Assembly: GCA_964369205.1 (NCBI GenBank)
Contig: CAYJEK010000006.1
Location: 184-64,183, forward strand
Length of the DNA: 64,000 nucleotides
Reading direction: 5' to 3'
DNA from: an uncultured Oscillospiraceae bacterium
GTDB lineage: Bacteria > Bacillota > Clostridia > Oscillospirales > Ruminococcaceae
Of the stretch, positions 45,309 through 54,835 are shown one piece after another. Positions within the stretch are counted from its first letter, which is position 1. Each line of letters begins with the position of its first letter. The position numbers and the translations under genes are program-made. The notes below the pieces were generated by a model. It made no database searches and was not told the DNA's origin. It worked only from the letters and a program-made list of their open reading frames with translations.

Positions 45309-45341
45309 AAAAGGACTGAATTTTAAGATTCAGTCCTTTTT
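45309..45341. terminator. bidirectional terminator
   Basis: aaaggactgaat-tttaag-attcagtccttt. Confidence 0.85.
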
Positions 45342-45343
45342 AT

Positions 45344-46021
45344 TTATCTTCTATTTTCTCTTTGCTTTTGGAAAACAAAATTTCTTATTGTTGATTCAAT
45401 TCCAGAAGATAATTTAGTGTATTTACATCCGTAACCATAGCTAGTAGAGCCATCTTTATTTACTATATCTTCTCTTCTTAAGATATCTACACTAACACGT
45501 AGTTTATGGCCATTACTTAGAGAAATATAAATATCAATACAGCTATCCTTGTAAAATTTAAAATCACAAACAAAGAATATGCCACCGGCGGAGATATTTA
45601 TACTTTTCCCCTTCACACTATTAATTCCGAATTGAGAGGTGTAGTTTGTGAAATCCTTGGGTATTTCCATTTCTTTTGGAATAATTGCAGATACAACTAA
45701 ATCTGCCTTTATTTTAAAATCTTCTCGTCTTTGTGTAGCTGAAACAATGCTTACAAGTTCACACTCAACAGAATTTAGCCACTTACCATCATCTGATAAG
45801 AATTTTTTTGGAGCAGAAAGAAAACACTTGTATCCAACAAGCCCTAGATTCTCATCTAAAAATGTTATATCCATTTCAGAATTTAAAGAATCTACAACAT
45901 CATCATCTATTATGAGTGTGGCTGTGTTTTCAATTAAATTGGTTACAGCAACTTCACATAATGGAGATAAATCATTTTCATTTAAATATATTAAAGCGCT
46001 TCTGCAGCGGGTTAAGTTCAT
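45344..46021 (-). CDS. PilZ-domain c-di-GMP receptor (YcgR/MotI-like flagellar brake candidate)
   Basis: QRREDFK (an RxxxR-like motif with Lys in place of the second Arg) and NISAGG (D/NxSxxG) motifs. 225 aa, divergent from the fla operon. Confidence 0.7.
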   Translation of the reverse strand: MNLTRCRSALIYLNENDLSPLCEVAVTNLIENTATLIIDDDVVDSLNSEMDITFLDENLGLVGYKCFLSAPKKFLSDDGKWLNSVECELVSIVSATQRREDFKIKADLVVSAIIPKEMEIPKDFTNYTSQFGINSVKGKSINISAGGIFFVCDFKFYKDSCIDIYISLSNGHKLRVSVDILRREDIVNKDGSTSYGYGCKYTKLSSGIESTIRNFVFQKQRENRR

Positions 46022-46340
46022 AATATGTTATTACTCCTAATTTTTTATATATTATATTATATACTATTTTGTACTAATTTTACAAGTAAAATATTAAAAT
46101 AAATAATATTATCTATAAAGAAATAAATGTAATATTATGCGATTACATCCGCTTTTGTAAATAAATATTAAATCTTATATTAACAAATTGTTAACGAAAT
46201 GTAAAAGGGATGTAAACTTGGTCGAAATAGATACTATTTTTTATAGTATTAAAAGAAAATATATGAAAAACGTATAAAAATAAGCTATAAAAACGGCAAT
46301 TATTGACATAACTACATATGGAGAAAAATATGAAAAAAAG

Positions 46341-46369
46341 TTGAAATTTGTAACATTTAATGATATAAT
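46341..46369 (+). promoter_or_regulatory. sigma-A type promoter of the fla operon
   Basis: TTGAAA, 17-nt spacer, TATAAT, about 120 nt upstream of flgB. Confidence 0.6.
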
Positions 46370-46492
46370 AACGTATATATTTAAAAATAATTTGTAAAGT
46401 CATACAAAGTGGCAAAGTAAGGGTTAATTTAGTTTTAATAAGCTTAGTTTTTTGCCTCTTTTTGATTTACAAACTGAAAGGGAGAACGCTTT

Positions 46493-46882
46493 ATGTCAAA
46501 CTTATTTGGAAACTCAATTTTAACGATGAAAACATCGCTTGATTACCTTTGGACAAAGCAATCTGTTACTTCAAATAATATCGCTAATGCTGATACACCA
46601 GGGTTTAAATCAGGTTATGTAACATTTGAAGATGCATTTAAAGAAAAATTAGATCTTGCCTTAATGTCTGGCAAAAGTCAAAACATACAAAATGTGTTAA
46701 CACAAACAGGGATTATGGAAATTGGCACAAACACAAATGATGGATTAAGAATAGATGAAAACAATGTCAATTTAGAAGTAGAAATGATAGAGCTTGCAAA
46801 AACAGAGCAGCAATATAATTATGCTTTGTCATCATTAAACAGTGATATAGTAAGACTGAGTACAGTAATTAAAGGCCAATAA
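46493..46882 (+). CDS. flgB: flagellar basal-body rod protein FlgB
   Basis: SNNIANADTPGFK motif and a C-terminal NNVNLEVEMIELAKTEQQYN. Confidence 0.9.
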   Translation: MSNLFGNSILTMKTSLDYLWTKQSVTSNNIANADTPGFKSGYVTFEDAFKEKLDLALMSGKSQNIQNVLTQTGIMEIGTNTNDGLRIDENNVNLEVEMIELAKTEQQYNYALSSLNSDIVRLSTVIKGQ

Positions 46883-46912
46883 TCTAAAGTTTGTTAGATA
46901 GGAGATTTAAAA

Positions 46913-47215
46913 ATGGAAATGAATACGCAATTTATAATGCCTCTTCAAAGAATTGAAACTTTAAGTGAGCAAAATATAACAGCGGTTACAAAAGATAACA
47001 GCTTCACCAATATTTTTGAAAATGCAGTAAACGATGTAAAAGCTACTCAAATGGAGCTTGATACTCAGCAATATTTGCTTGCAATAGGCGAAATTGATGA
47101 TCCTCACAATGTTACTATAGCAGCGGCTAATGCACAGCTTTCAGTAGACTTATTAGTTCAGCTAAGAAATGGCGCTATAGAAGCATATAATGAATTAATA
47201 AAAACAAACCTATAA
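46913..47215 (+). CDS. fliE: flagellar hook-basal body complex protein FliE
   Basis: 100 aa. SFTNIFENAVNDVKATQ and a C-terminal SVDLLVQLRNGAIEAYNELIK. Confidence 0.85.
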   Translation: MEMNTQFIMPLQRIETLSEQNITAVTKDNSFTNIFENAVNDVKATQMELDTQQYLLAIGEIDDPHNVTIAAANAQLSVDLLVQLRNGAIEAYNELIKTNL

Positions 47216-47277
47216 TATTTATATATTAAAAGGTGTAGTGCACTTATTAAATCTTAAAAAGTGAAGGAAGTAAAAAA

Positions 47278-48876
47278 TTGGAAGCTTTAAAAGTTAGATT
47301 AGATCAAATAAAAGCGCAACTAAATCGGTTGCTAGAAAAATATGATAAAAAGCTACTACAACGAATTGCCGGAGCGGGAATTCTTGTGGTAGTAATGGCT
47401 ATTATAATAGCCTATATTGTTAATATCGGCTCATATGAAGTTTTGTTTAGTGCAGTTCCAGAACAAGAGGCACAAAATATCACAGCAAAGCTTCAAAGTG
47501 AGGGAATTGATTACCAGCACACAGAGGCAGGGGATATATTAGTTCCAAAAGATGTAGTAGAACAAACAAGGGCGGATTTAGTAATTGAAGGATATACTCT
47601 TACAGGATTTGCTTATGAGACATATCTTGAAAATTCAGGCGGTATGACTACATCTTCGCAAGAGGAAGAATTTAAAAGGATATCTTTAGAGCAAAAAATT
47701 GAGGCAACTATTGGAATATTCGATGGTGTAAAAAAAGCAGTTGTAACTATATCTATTGCGGAAGACAATAAATATGTATTACAAAGTGATGATTCTCAAA
47801 ATGCATCTAGTGCATCTGTAGCAGTGGATTTAGAAGCTGGCGCAAGGCTTTCAGAAGAGCAAGTTGAGGGGATACAAAGGCTTGTTGCTGCAAATGTTCA
47901 AAATCTTGATATGAATAATGTTGTGGTAGTTGATGGAAGTGGTATTGAACTTTCAAACACACAAGCAGATACGAATAGTGAAAGCAGTGCTCAAGCTGAG
48001 CTAAAGTCAATGGAAAATGCATTAGCTTCAAAAGTTGCAAATGTATTAACTGATTACTATGGCACAGGAAACTTTAAGGTTTCAGTTACAGGTGTTTTAA
48101 ATCAAGATAAGGGTATTAGCGAGAGTATTACATATACTGTTCCTGATGGTCTTGTTGATGAAGACGGAAAAGGTATTTTAACTAATGAATCAGGTGATGT
48201 AAGCTTAAATGGCGAAGGATTAGTTGGTGGAGTAGCTGGAACAGAAGGCAATTCTGAAATTCCGCAATATAATGTGGGAGAAGATGGCGAACTTGATAGC
48301 TATGATGAGTCTTATATAAGAGATTATTTAGTTAATCAAACAACTGAGCAAAAAGAAGTTTATCAAAATGTTTTAGAAGATGTAAGAGTTGCTGTTTCAT
48401 TAAATAGTAATACTGCCCCAGAGAGTATAACTCAAGAGGAATTATTAAATTTAATTGGGCAAGCAGCAGGGATATCATCAGAAGATAGAAATGAAAGAAT
48501 AACAGTTGTTTCAGCTCCATTCTACGATGATACACAAGGAATAGTATCAACAGGGCTTGATGCTTTATTCTCATCACTTACAACAACACAAATTTTAATA
48601 ATAGCAGCAGTTGCGTTATTAATAATAATACTATTAATATTAACTATTCTTTCATCTAGAAGTAAGAAGAAAAAGCGTCTTGCAGAAGCAGCTCTATTAG
48701 AAGCTGAGGATACTGCTAGAATACTATCACTTCAAGAAGAAAAAGCACATCAAATTGAGGAATTTAATGCTAATAACGAGAAGAGCAATGAAGTTAGAAA
48801 CAGTATTCGTGAGTTTGCTGATGAAAACCCAGAAATCTCTGCTCAAATGATAAAAGGTTGGCTAAATGGCCAATAG
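47278..48876 (+). CDS. fliF: flagellar M-ring protein FliF
   Basis: TTG start. N-terminal TM, YscJ/FliF domain, second TM near the C-terminus (ILIIAAVALLIIILLILTIL). 532 aa. Confidence 0.9.
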   Translation: MEALKVRLDQIKAQLNRLLEKYDKKLLQRIAGAGILVVVMAIIIAYIVNIGSYEVLFSAVPEQEAQNITAKLQSEGIDYQHTEAGDILVPKDVVEQTRADLVIEGYTLTGFAYETYLENSGGMTTSSQEEEFKRISLEQKIEATIGIFDGVKKAVVTISIAEDNKYVLQSDDSQNASSASVAVDLEAGARLSEEQVEGIQRLVAANVQNLDMNNVVVVDGSGIELSNTQADTNSESSAQAELKSMENALASKVANVLTDYYGTGNFKVSVTGVLNQDKGISESITYTVPDGLVDEDGKGILTNESGDVSLNGEGLVGGVAGTEGNSEIPQYNVGEDGELDSYDESYIRDYLVNQTTEQKEVYQNVLEDVRVAVSLNSNTAPESITQEELLNLIGQAAGISSEDRNERITVVSAPFYDDTQGIVSTGLDALFSSLTTTQILIIAAVALLIIILLILTILSSRSKKKKRLAEAALLEAEDTARILSLQEEKAHQIEEFNANNEKSNEVRNSIREFADENPEISAQMIKGWLNGQ

Positions 48877-48903
48877 AAATCTAGGGAAGGAATTTTCTAA
48901 ATT

Positions 48904-49989
48904 ATGGCGGATAAAAAGAAATCAAAAGCTTCAAAGGAAGCACCAGAACCAGTAGAAGAAGTAGTTGTAGAAGAGAAAAAGGTTAGTATAGATCATTTAT
49001 CTCCGGCTAAAAGAGCGGCAACTGTTGTTGCAGCTCTAGGGGCTGAAAATGCATCTAAAGTATATAAGTATTTAACAGAAGAAGAAGTTGAAAGATTAAC
49101 TTTAGAAGTTACAAGACTTGGGTTTATATCTGCAGATGAGACAGCACTAATTTTAGATGAATTTTACACCTCTTGCCTTACTCAAAAGGTTGTAACAGAA
49201 GGTGGCCTTGATTATGCAAGAGAAGTTTTAGAAAAAACTTACGGGGCAGTAACAGCCGCAGAGCTTCTTAAAAAAATGACAAGGCATCTTGAGAAAAGAT
49301 CGTTTGAATTTATCGCAAGGATGGATACAAAAAGTATATTCTCGGTTATTCAAAGAGAAAGGCCACAAGCAATTGCTTTAATTCTTTCTTATTGCGATCC
49401 AAGGCAGGCGGCGGGCTTAATAGCGGAACTGCCAGAAGATAAAAGAATAAAAGTTGTTGAAAGTATAGCAAATATGGATAGTGCATCACCTGAGGTTATA
49501 AAAATAGTTGAAGCACAGCTACTTAAGAAGTTTGATAGCATTGTATCAACAGACTTTACTACTGTTGGCGGTATAGACTACATTGCTGATGTTATGAATA
49601 ATATGGATAGAAGCAATGAGAAATTCATCTTTGATGAAATTGAAAAAGAAGATCCTATTCTTGCAGAAGAAATTAGAAAAAGAATGTTTATCTTTGAAGA
49701 TATTCTTCAAATGGACGCTCATTCAATTCAAAGATTCATTAGAGATTGTGATATTAAAGATATCGTTTATGCACTTAAAAATGCTAGTCAAGAAATGGCG
49801 AGTACATTCTATGCAAATATGTCTTCAAGAATGGCAGAAACAGTGCAATCTGATTTAGAAATCACCTTCAATTTAAAACTTCGTGATGTTGAAGCGGCAC
49901 AACAAAAAATTGTGGCTATTATAAGAAAGCTTGATGAAGAAGGTGAACTTGTTATCGGTAAAGGTGGAGGAGATGATATAATTGTCTAA
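48904..49989 (+). CDS. fliG: flagellar motor switch protein FliG
   Basis: PQAIALILSY, an MFIFEDIL (MFxF) motif and a C-terminal torque helix region. Confidence 0.95.
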   Translation: MADKKKSKASKEAPEPVEEVVVEEKKVSIDHLSPAKRAATVVAALGAENASKVYKYLTEEEVERLTLEVTRLGFISADETALILDEFYTSCLTQKVVTEGGLDYAREVLEKTYGAVTAAELLKKMTRHLEKRSFEFIARMDTKSIFSVIQRERPQAIALILSYCDPRQAAGLIAELPEDKRIKVVESIANMDSASPEVIKIVEAQLLKKFDSIVSTDFTTVGGIDYIADVMNNMDRSNEKFIFDEIEKEDPILAEEIRKRMFIFEDILQMDAHSIQRFIRDCDIKDIVYALKNASQEMASTFYANMSSRMAETVQSDLEITFNLKLRDVEAAQQKIVAIIRKLDEEGELVIGKGGGDDIIV

Positions 49990-50836
49990 GATAATCAAAA
50001 AAGATAACGATAAAACAAAATCATTTAAATCATTTATAAATTTTGCAATGAACTTTGATGATACCTTTGAAGAAGAAGATGGTGAATTTGAAGAAGTTTC
50101 ATTTGAAGAAGTGAGTGATGAAAAAGCTGATGATTTCTTAGAAATTCCTGAGGAAGAAGATAAAAGTGAGCAAGATGAAGATATTTTAAATCTTTTAATA
50201 ACCACACAGGTAAAAGAAGCACAGCTTCTTGAAAAAGCAAGAAGTGAATCTCAAAATGAAGCACTTATTATTATAGAAGAAGCTAAAAAAGAAGCTGAAG
50301 AGATAAAAGCAAGAGCTTACACAGTGGGATTTGATTCAGGAAAACAGGAAGGCTTTAAAAAAGGAAAACAGGAAGCTAAAGAAATAGCTCAAAAAGAAGC
50401 TCGCATAGAAATAGATGAGTTAAAATACAATGTGGCAAGAGAAATAAAACTTTTAGAAGTTGAAAAAGAAAAAATCTTAGAAGATCATATAGAAGATTTA
50501 AAAGATATTGCAATTTCTATAGGTGAAAAAATTGCCCTAACAAGCCTTAAAACATCAAAAGATGTTATTGAGAAAATGATACTTGAAGCCACTGAAAAGA
50601 TGAAAAAATCTTCATGGGCAAAGGTATATATAGGTTATACCGAAGAGGCTGTTAAAATAAAAGGGGACACAGAATTTTTAGAAAAACTCTCAAGGCTTGC
50701 TGATAATGTTAAAGTGATTATAATGCAAGCTGATGAAGAGGGAATGTGCATAATAGAAACACCAAATGGCACAATGGACATAAGTGTGAAAACCCAAATT
50801 AACAATATTAAAGATATAGTAAAAACAGCAAAATAA
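49982..50836 (+). CDS. fliH: flagellar assembly protein FliH
   Basis: Called from its position between fliG and fliI, an acidic N-terminus, and a coiled coil (EAKKEAEEIKARAYTVGFDSGKQEGFKKGKQEA). The TTG start overlaps fliG and is uncertain. Confidence 0.7.
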   Translation: MSKIIKKDNDKTKSFKSFINFAMNFDDTFEEEDGEFEEVSFEEVSDEKADDFLEIPEEEDKSEQDEDILNLLITTQVKEAQLLEKARSESQNEALIIIEEAKKEAEEIKARAYTVGFDSGKQEGFKKGKQEAKEIAQKEARIEIDELKYNVAREIKLLEVEKEKILEDHIEDLKDIAISIGEKIALTSLKTSKDVIEKMILEATEKMKKSSWAKVYIGYTEEAVKIKGDTEFLEKLSRLADNVKVIIMQADEEGMCIIETPNGTMDISVKTQINNIKDIVKTAK

Positions 50837-50859
50837 TTAAAAGGAGATGTTTTCAAGAT

Positions 50860-52161
50860 TTGAAAGAGTTAAAAGATTTAATTTTAAAATCAGAAACTAC
50901 AAGTTATATAGGCAAAATTGAAAACATAACTGGTATGTCGATGACTGCCTCAGGAGCTGGGGCAAATATCGGTGATATAGTTCTTATTTATAATGATAAA
51001 GAAAAAAAGCAAATTCCCGCAGAAGTAGTTGGATTTAATGGAGATAAAGTTCAGTTAATGGCGTATGAGGATACACCAGGAATAGGAACAGATAGCTTTG
51101 TTAGAAATACTAAAAAGAGGCTTAAAATCCCAGTAGGACAAGCATTGCAAGGAAGAATAATAGATGCACTAGGAAATCCAATAGATGGAAAAGGTGCTAT
51201 TTCAACAAATGAATTCTGCTATGTTGAAAACCCTAAAATAAACCCTTTAGATAGACCTCCAATAAGAGAGGAACTACATCTTGGAATTAGAGCTATAGAT
51301 GGACTTAACACTGTTGGAAAAGGGCAAAGGATAGGAATATTTTCAGGTAGTGGTGTTGGCAAAAGTACACTTCTTGGAATGATAGCAAGAAATGTTAAAG
51401 CGGATATTAATGTTATCGCTCTCGTTGGAGAGAGGGGCAGAGAGGTAAGAGAGTTCGTTGAAAAGGATTTAGGTCCTGAGGGAATGAAAAAAACTATATT
51501 AGTAGTTGCAACTTCCGATCAACCTGCGATGCTTCGAATGAAATGTCCAATGGTGGCAACAACGATAGCAGAATATTTTAAAGATCAAGGAAAAGATGTT
51601 TTGTTAATGATGGACTCCCTAACAAGGTTTGCAATGGCCCAAAGAGAAATAGGCCTTGCAACAGGTGAGCCACCAGTTGCAAGAGGATATACCCCATCAA
51701 TTTATGCAGAATTCCCAAAACTTTTAGAACGTTCAGGGAACTTTGAAAGAGGTTCAATAACAGGAATATACACTGTTTTAGTAGAAGGTGATGATACAAA
51801 TGAGCCTATTTCTGATACAGTTCGTGGTATTTTAGACGGACATATTGTTTTAAGTAGAAAACTTGCCAATTCAAATCACTTCCCGGCTATTGATGTAAAT
51901 GCTAGTATATCTCGTGTAATGGTAAATATAGCCTCGAGTCAGCATCAAGAATATGCATCAAAGCTTCGTGATATAACGAGTATATATGCTCAAAATGAAG
52001 ATCTTATATCTATAGGAGCTTATAAAGAAGGCTCAAATCCAAAACTTGGCTATGCTATAAGTAAAATAGATAAAGTAAATTCATTTTTAAAGCAAGGCAT
52101 AGAAGAGAATGTATCAAAAGAAGAAGTTTTAAAAAGTATGGAGAGTATTTTAAAAACTTAA
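50860..52161 (+). CDS. fliI: flagellum-specific ATPase FliI
   Basis: Walker A GSGVGKST and LLMMDSLTRFA. TTG start. Confidence 0.95.
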   Translation: MKELKDLILKSETTSYIGKIENITGMSMTASGAGANIGDIVLIYNDKEKKQIPAEVVGFNGDKVQLMAYEDTPGIGTDSFVRNTKKRLKIPVGQALQGRIIDALGNPIDGKGAISTNEFCYVENPKINPLDRPPIREELHLGIRAIDGLNTVGKGQRIGIFSGSGVGKSTLLGMIARNVKADINVIALVGERGREVREFVEKDLGPEGMKKTILVVATSDQPAMLRMKCPMVATTIAEYFKDQGKDVLLMMDSLTRFAMAQREIGLATGEPPVARGYTPSIYAEFPKLLERSGNFERGSITGIYTVLVEGDDTNEPISDTVRGILDGHIVLSRKLANSNHFPAIDVNASISRVMVNIASSQHQEYASKLRDITSIYAQNEDLISIGAYKEGSNPKLGYAISKIDKVNSFLKQGIEENVSKEEVLKSMESILKT

Positions 52162-52180
52162 GGTAAGAGAGGGTGTTTAA

Positions 52181-52636
52181 ATGAAAAAATTTCAATTTTC
52201 TCTAGACAAAGTGCTAACTTACAAAGAACAAATCGAAGATAATTTAAAAATTGAACTTGCAGAAATTATTCAAAAGGTGAATGAAGAAGAAAATAAATTA
52301 AAACTTCTTGAAGATGAACATAAATTATATTCACAAAAATTTGAAGAAGAAAAATCTATAGGATGTACAATTCTTAGAATAAATTTCTATGAGGGGTATC
52401 TACTAAATACAACTTATAAAATTAAAAGACAATTAACTATTATTAAAAATCTTAAAATAAAAGAGGAAGCAAAAAGAGAAGAAGTTATTGAGGCAAGAAA
52501 AGAAACTCAAAGTATTATAAAATTAAAAGAAAAAAGAATTGATGAATATAATAAAGAAGCTTTAAAAAAAGAAGAGTCTTTTATTGAAGAATTTATCACA
52601 ACTTCAAAATTTATGCAAAACTTAAATACAAGGTAG
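52181..52636 (+). CDS. fliJ: flagellar export chaperone FliJ
   Basis: 151-aa coiled coil. MKKFQFSLDKVLTYKE N-terminus, positioned after fliI. Confidence 0.7.
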   Translation: MKKFQFSLDKVLTYKEQIEDNLKIELAEIIQKVNEEENKLKLLEDEHKLYSQKFEEEKSIGCTILRINFYEGYLLNTTYKIKRQLTIIKNLKIKEEAKREEVIEARKETQSIIKLKEKRIDEYNKEALKKEESFIEEFITTSKFMQNLNTR

Positions 52637-52698
52637 AAAGCTGAGATTTTTATAATTAAAGCTTACTATAAATATTAATTAAGAAAGGAGGAAAGAGT

Positions 52699-53700
52699 AT
52701 GCAAATGAATGTTGTGCAAAGTTTTACAAATGCAGCTACAGCAATAAAAACAAGCACAAAGGATTATAGCGCTGATAAAAAGGATTTTAATGAAGTTTTA
52801 AAAACTGAAAAAGAAGTAAGTGAAGCAAAAACAGAAAAACCAAAAGATGAATCTGTAAATGAAAATCAAGAAGAAGTTTTAGATGCTACACAGGTTTTAG
52901 TTATGCCAAATGTTCAAGAATTACTAAATAACATTATAAAAACACAAGAAGAAAAAGTGGATTTTAAAGCAGTAAATCTTGAAAACTTACAAGAAAACAC
53001 TAAAAGCGGTGTAATAACTGATTTAAAAGCTAATAACGAAGAATCAAGCGATTCACAAATTAAAATTTTAGATTTAAATCTTTTAAAATCTACGCAAGAA
53101 ATCCCAGAGGACTTAAAAGCGAAAATTGATTCTTTAGAAATGCTAAAAGGCAAGTCTGAAAATGAAAATCAAGGAGAAAAAACTTCGGCAGCATCTACTG
53201 AAAATAGCCATGCAGGAATTTTACAGCAAACTGAAAATTTAAATAATTTAGAAGTTATAAATGTTAAAAATCCAGCCCCTATGGAAAAAACGATAACAAG
53301 TGAGTATATGAATGATATAAATAGTAAAATTGCTGAAAATATATCTCTTGGAAAGAATGAATTTGAAATTCAGCTAAGTCCTGAAAACCTTGGAACATTA
53401 ACTATTAAAGCAAGTTTTGAAGATGGAAAAAGTGTAGTGTCTATAATTTGTGCTGATTTAAAAGCTTTAGAAGCTGTTGGGAAAAGTGCAGATGATTTAG
53501 CACTAATTATCCAAAATAAAACTGGCAATGAAACACAGATAGTAGTGGAGAGTCCAAGAAGCGATTACCTTGATAATAATGCTGATGAGAATCAACATCA
53601 AAATCAAAGTGATAATCAAAATCAAGATGGTAAAAAAGAAGAAAATGAAAATCCACAAGATTTTCTACAACAACTAAGACTAGGGCTTACAAATGTTTAA
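52699..53700 (+). CDS. fliK: flagellar hook-length control protein FliK
   Basis: Low-complexity N-terminal part. The C-terminal Flg_hook-like segment is EFEIQLSPENLGTLTIKASFEDGKSVVSIICAD. Confidence 0.7.
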   Translation: MQMNVVQSFTNAATAIKTSTKDYSADKKDFNEVLKTEKEVSEAKTEKPKDESVNENQEEVLDATQVLVMPNVQELLNNIIKTQEEKVDFKAVNLENLQENTKSGVITDLKANNEESSDSQIKILDLNLLKSTQEIPEDLKAKIDSLEMLKGKSENENQGEKTSAASTENSHAGILQQTENLNNLEVINVKNPAPMEKTITSEYMNDINSKIAENISLGKNEFEIQLSPENLGTLTIKASFEDGKSVVSIICADLKALEAVGKSADDLALIIQNKTGNETQIVVESPRSDYLDNNADENQHQNQSDNQNQDGKKEENENPQDFLQQLRLGLTNV

Positions 53701-53727
53701 GCTAATTTAAGAAAGGATGGTTACCTT

Positions 53728-54279
53728 ATGAGCACAGTTCAATTTACGGGTGTAACTAATCAAGATTATGTAAATACTCTAGCAGGGGCAACTACATCAT
53801 CGAATACTTTAACAATGGATGACTTCTATGAGCTTTTAGCAGCCCAGCTAAAATATCAAGATGCAGATAATCCAATGGATAGTAGTGAAATGATGGATCA
53901 AATGGTTCAAATGGAAATGATGGATGCAACAAATAGTATGGTGGCAGCGATTCAAGAGCTAACATTTTCTAATCTAACAAGTTATGCAACATCATTAATG
54001 GGACAAGAAGTTACAATAGCAGAGGTAGATCCTGAAACAGGTGAGTATATAGGATCAATAAAAGGTGTTGTTGAGGGTGTAAGCCTTGGCTCATATCCAA
54101 CAGTGGTAGTTAATGGAAAGCAATATTCAGTAACACAGGTTATGGGTGTTGGAACAGTTCCAGAGCTTGAAGGTGAAACAGATAGCGAAGAGGGAACAGG
54201 CGATACTGATACAGTAGTACCAGAAGGTGGTACAGATATCGAGCCAGAAGAAGTTATACCAGAAGAAACACAGCCTTAA
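53728..54279 (+). CDS. flgD: flagellar hook assembly (capping) protein FlgD
   Basis: DDFYELLAAQLKYQDADNPMDSSEMMDQMVQM motif. Confidence 0.85.
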   Translation: MSTVQFTGVTNQDYVNTLAGATTSSNTLTMDDFYELLAAQLKYQDADNPMDSSEMMDQMVQMEMMDATNSMVAAIQELTFSNLTSYATSLMGQEVTIAEVDPETGEYIGSIKGVVEGVSLGSYPTVVVNGKQYSVTQVMGVGTVPELEGETDSEEGTGDTDTVVPEGGTDIEPEEVIPEETQP

Positions 54280-54325
54280 TAAAAGCTAGGAAACTCCTTG
54301 CAAAAAATAATAAAAGGAGATAAAG

Positions 54326-54742
54326 ATGGCAATAAACAATTTAACAAGTATTAATGAATTAAGGCTAGCACATCAAATGCAAACACAGAGTGTTAAAACA
54401 TTAATTAATACTCAAAACGACTTTACTAGTATTCATGATAATAATCAAAGTTTTACAGATATACTAAATAAAGAAATTGAATCTTCTTCTAATTTGCAGT
54501 TTTCAAAGCATGCTATAAATAGAATGAATGAAAGAGGAATAGATGTAAATCAAAATCTTCAAAATGATTTAAATGCTGCAGTGGAAAAGGCTAGAAGTAA
54601 GGGTGCAAAAGATGTGGTTATAATTAGCCCGAATTCTGCATTTATAGTAAATGTGCCAAACAATATGGTGGTAACTACTATGAGTCAAAATGAGATGAAA
54701 GATAATATTTTTACAAATATAGACAGTGCAATTATTTTATAA
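54326..54742 (+). CDS. flagellar operon protein (TIGR02530-like)
   Basis: 138 aa. LQFSKHAINRMNERGIDV resembles the conserved protein found between flgD and flgE in Firmicutes. Confidence 0.6.
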   Translation: MAINNLTSINELRLAHQMQTQSVKTLINTQNDFTSIHDNNQSFTDILNKEIESSSNLQFSKHAINRMNERGIDVNQNLQNDLNAAVEKARSKGAKDVVIISPNSAFIVNVPNNMVVTTMSQNEMKDNIFTNIDSAIIL

Positions 54743-54761
54743 GCTGGACCGTTAAGGGGGC

Positions 54762-54792
54762 TTTTAATTAAATCCGAATGATTTAATTAAAA
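54762..54792 (+). repeat. 13-bp perfect hairpin just upstream of flgE
   Basis: ttttaattaaatc-cgaat-gatttaattaaaa. Confidence 0.85.
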
Positions 54793-54835
54793 AAATGCAC
54801 AGTAGTTCTATATTAGAAAATGAAAGGAACTAATA

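Noticed and set aside
46191-46415. 74-aa minus-strand ORF in the pilZ-flgB intergenic region
   Set aside because: It is an Ile/Phe/Tyr-rich product of very AT-rich DNA with no SD. It overlaps the predicted fla promoter and has no family resemblance.
46370-46492. A c-di-GMP riboswitch or invertible flagellar switch in the flgB leader, as described for Clostridioides difficile
   Set aside because: I looked for GEMM-I hallmarks (a conserved GGCAAACC-type tetraloop-receptor core with paired helices) and for long inverted repeats flanking a ~150-bp segment. Only short AT-rich repeats and a weak ggcaaa…tttgcc pairing are present. A covariance-model search would be needed to exclude it formally.
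49873-50264. Minus-strand ORFs (49873-50205 and 50034-50264) across the fliG/fliH junction
   Set aside because: They are Ser/Leu-rich antisense shadows of the acidic Glu/Asp-rich N-terminus of FliH, and they cross a gene boundary.
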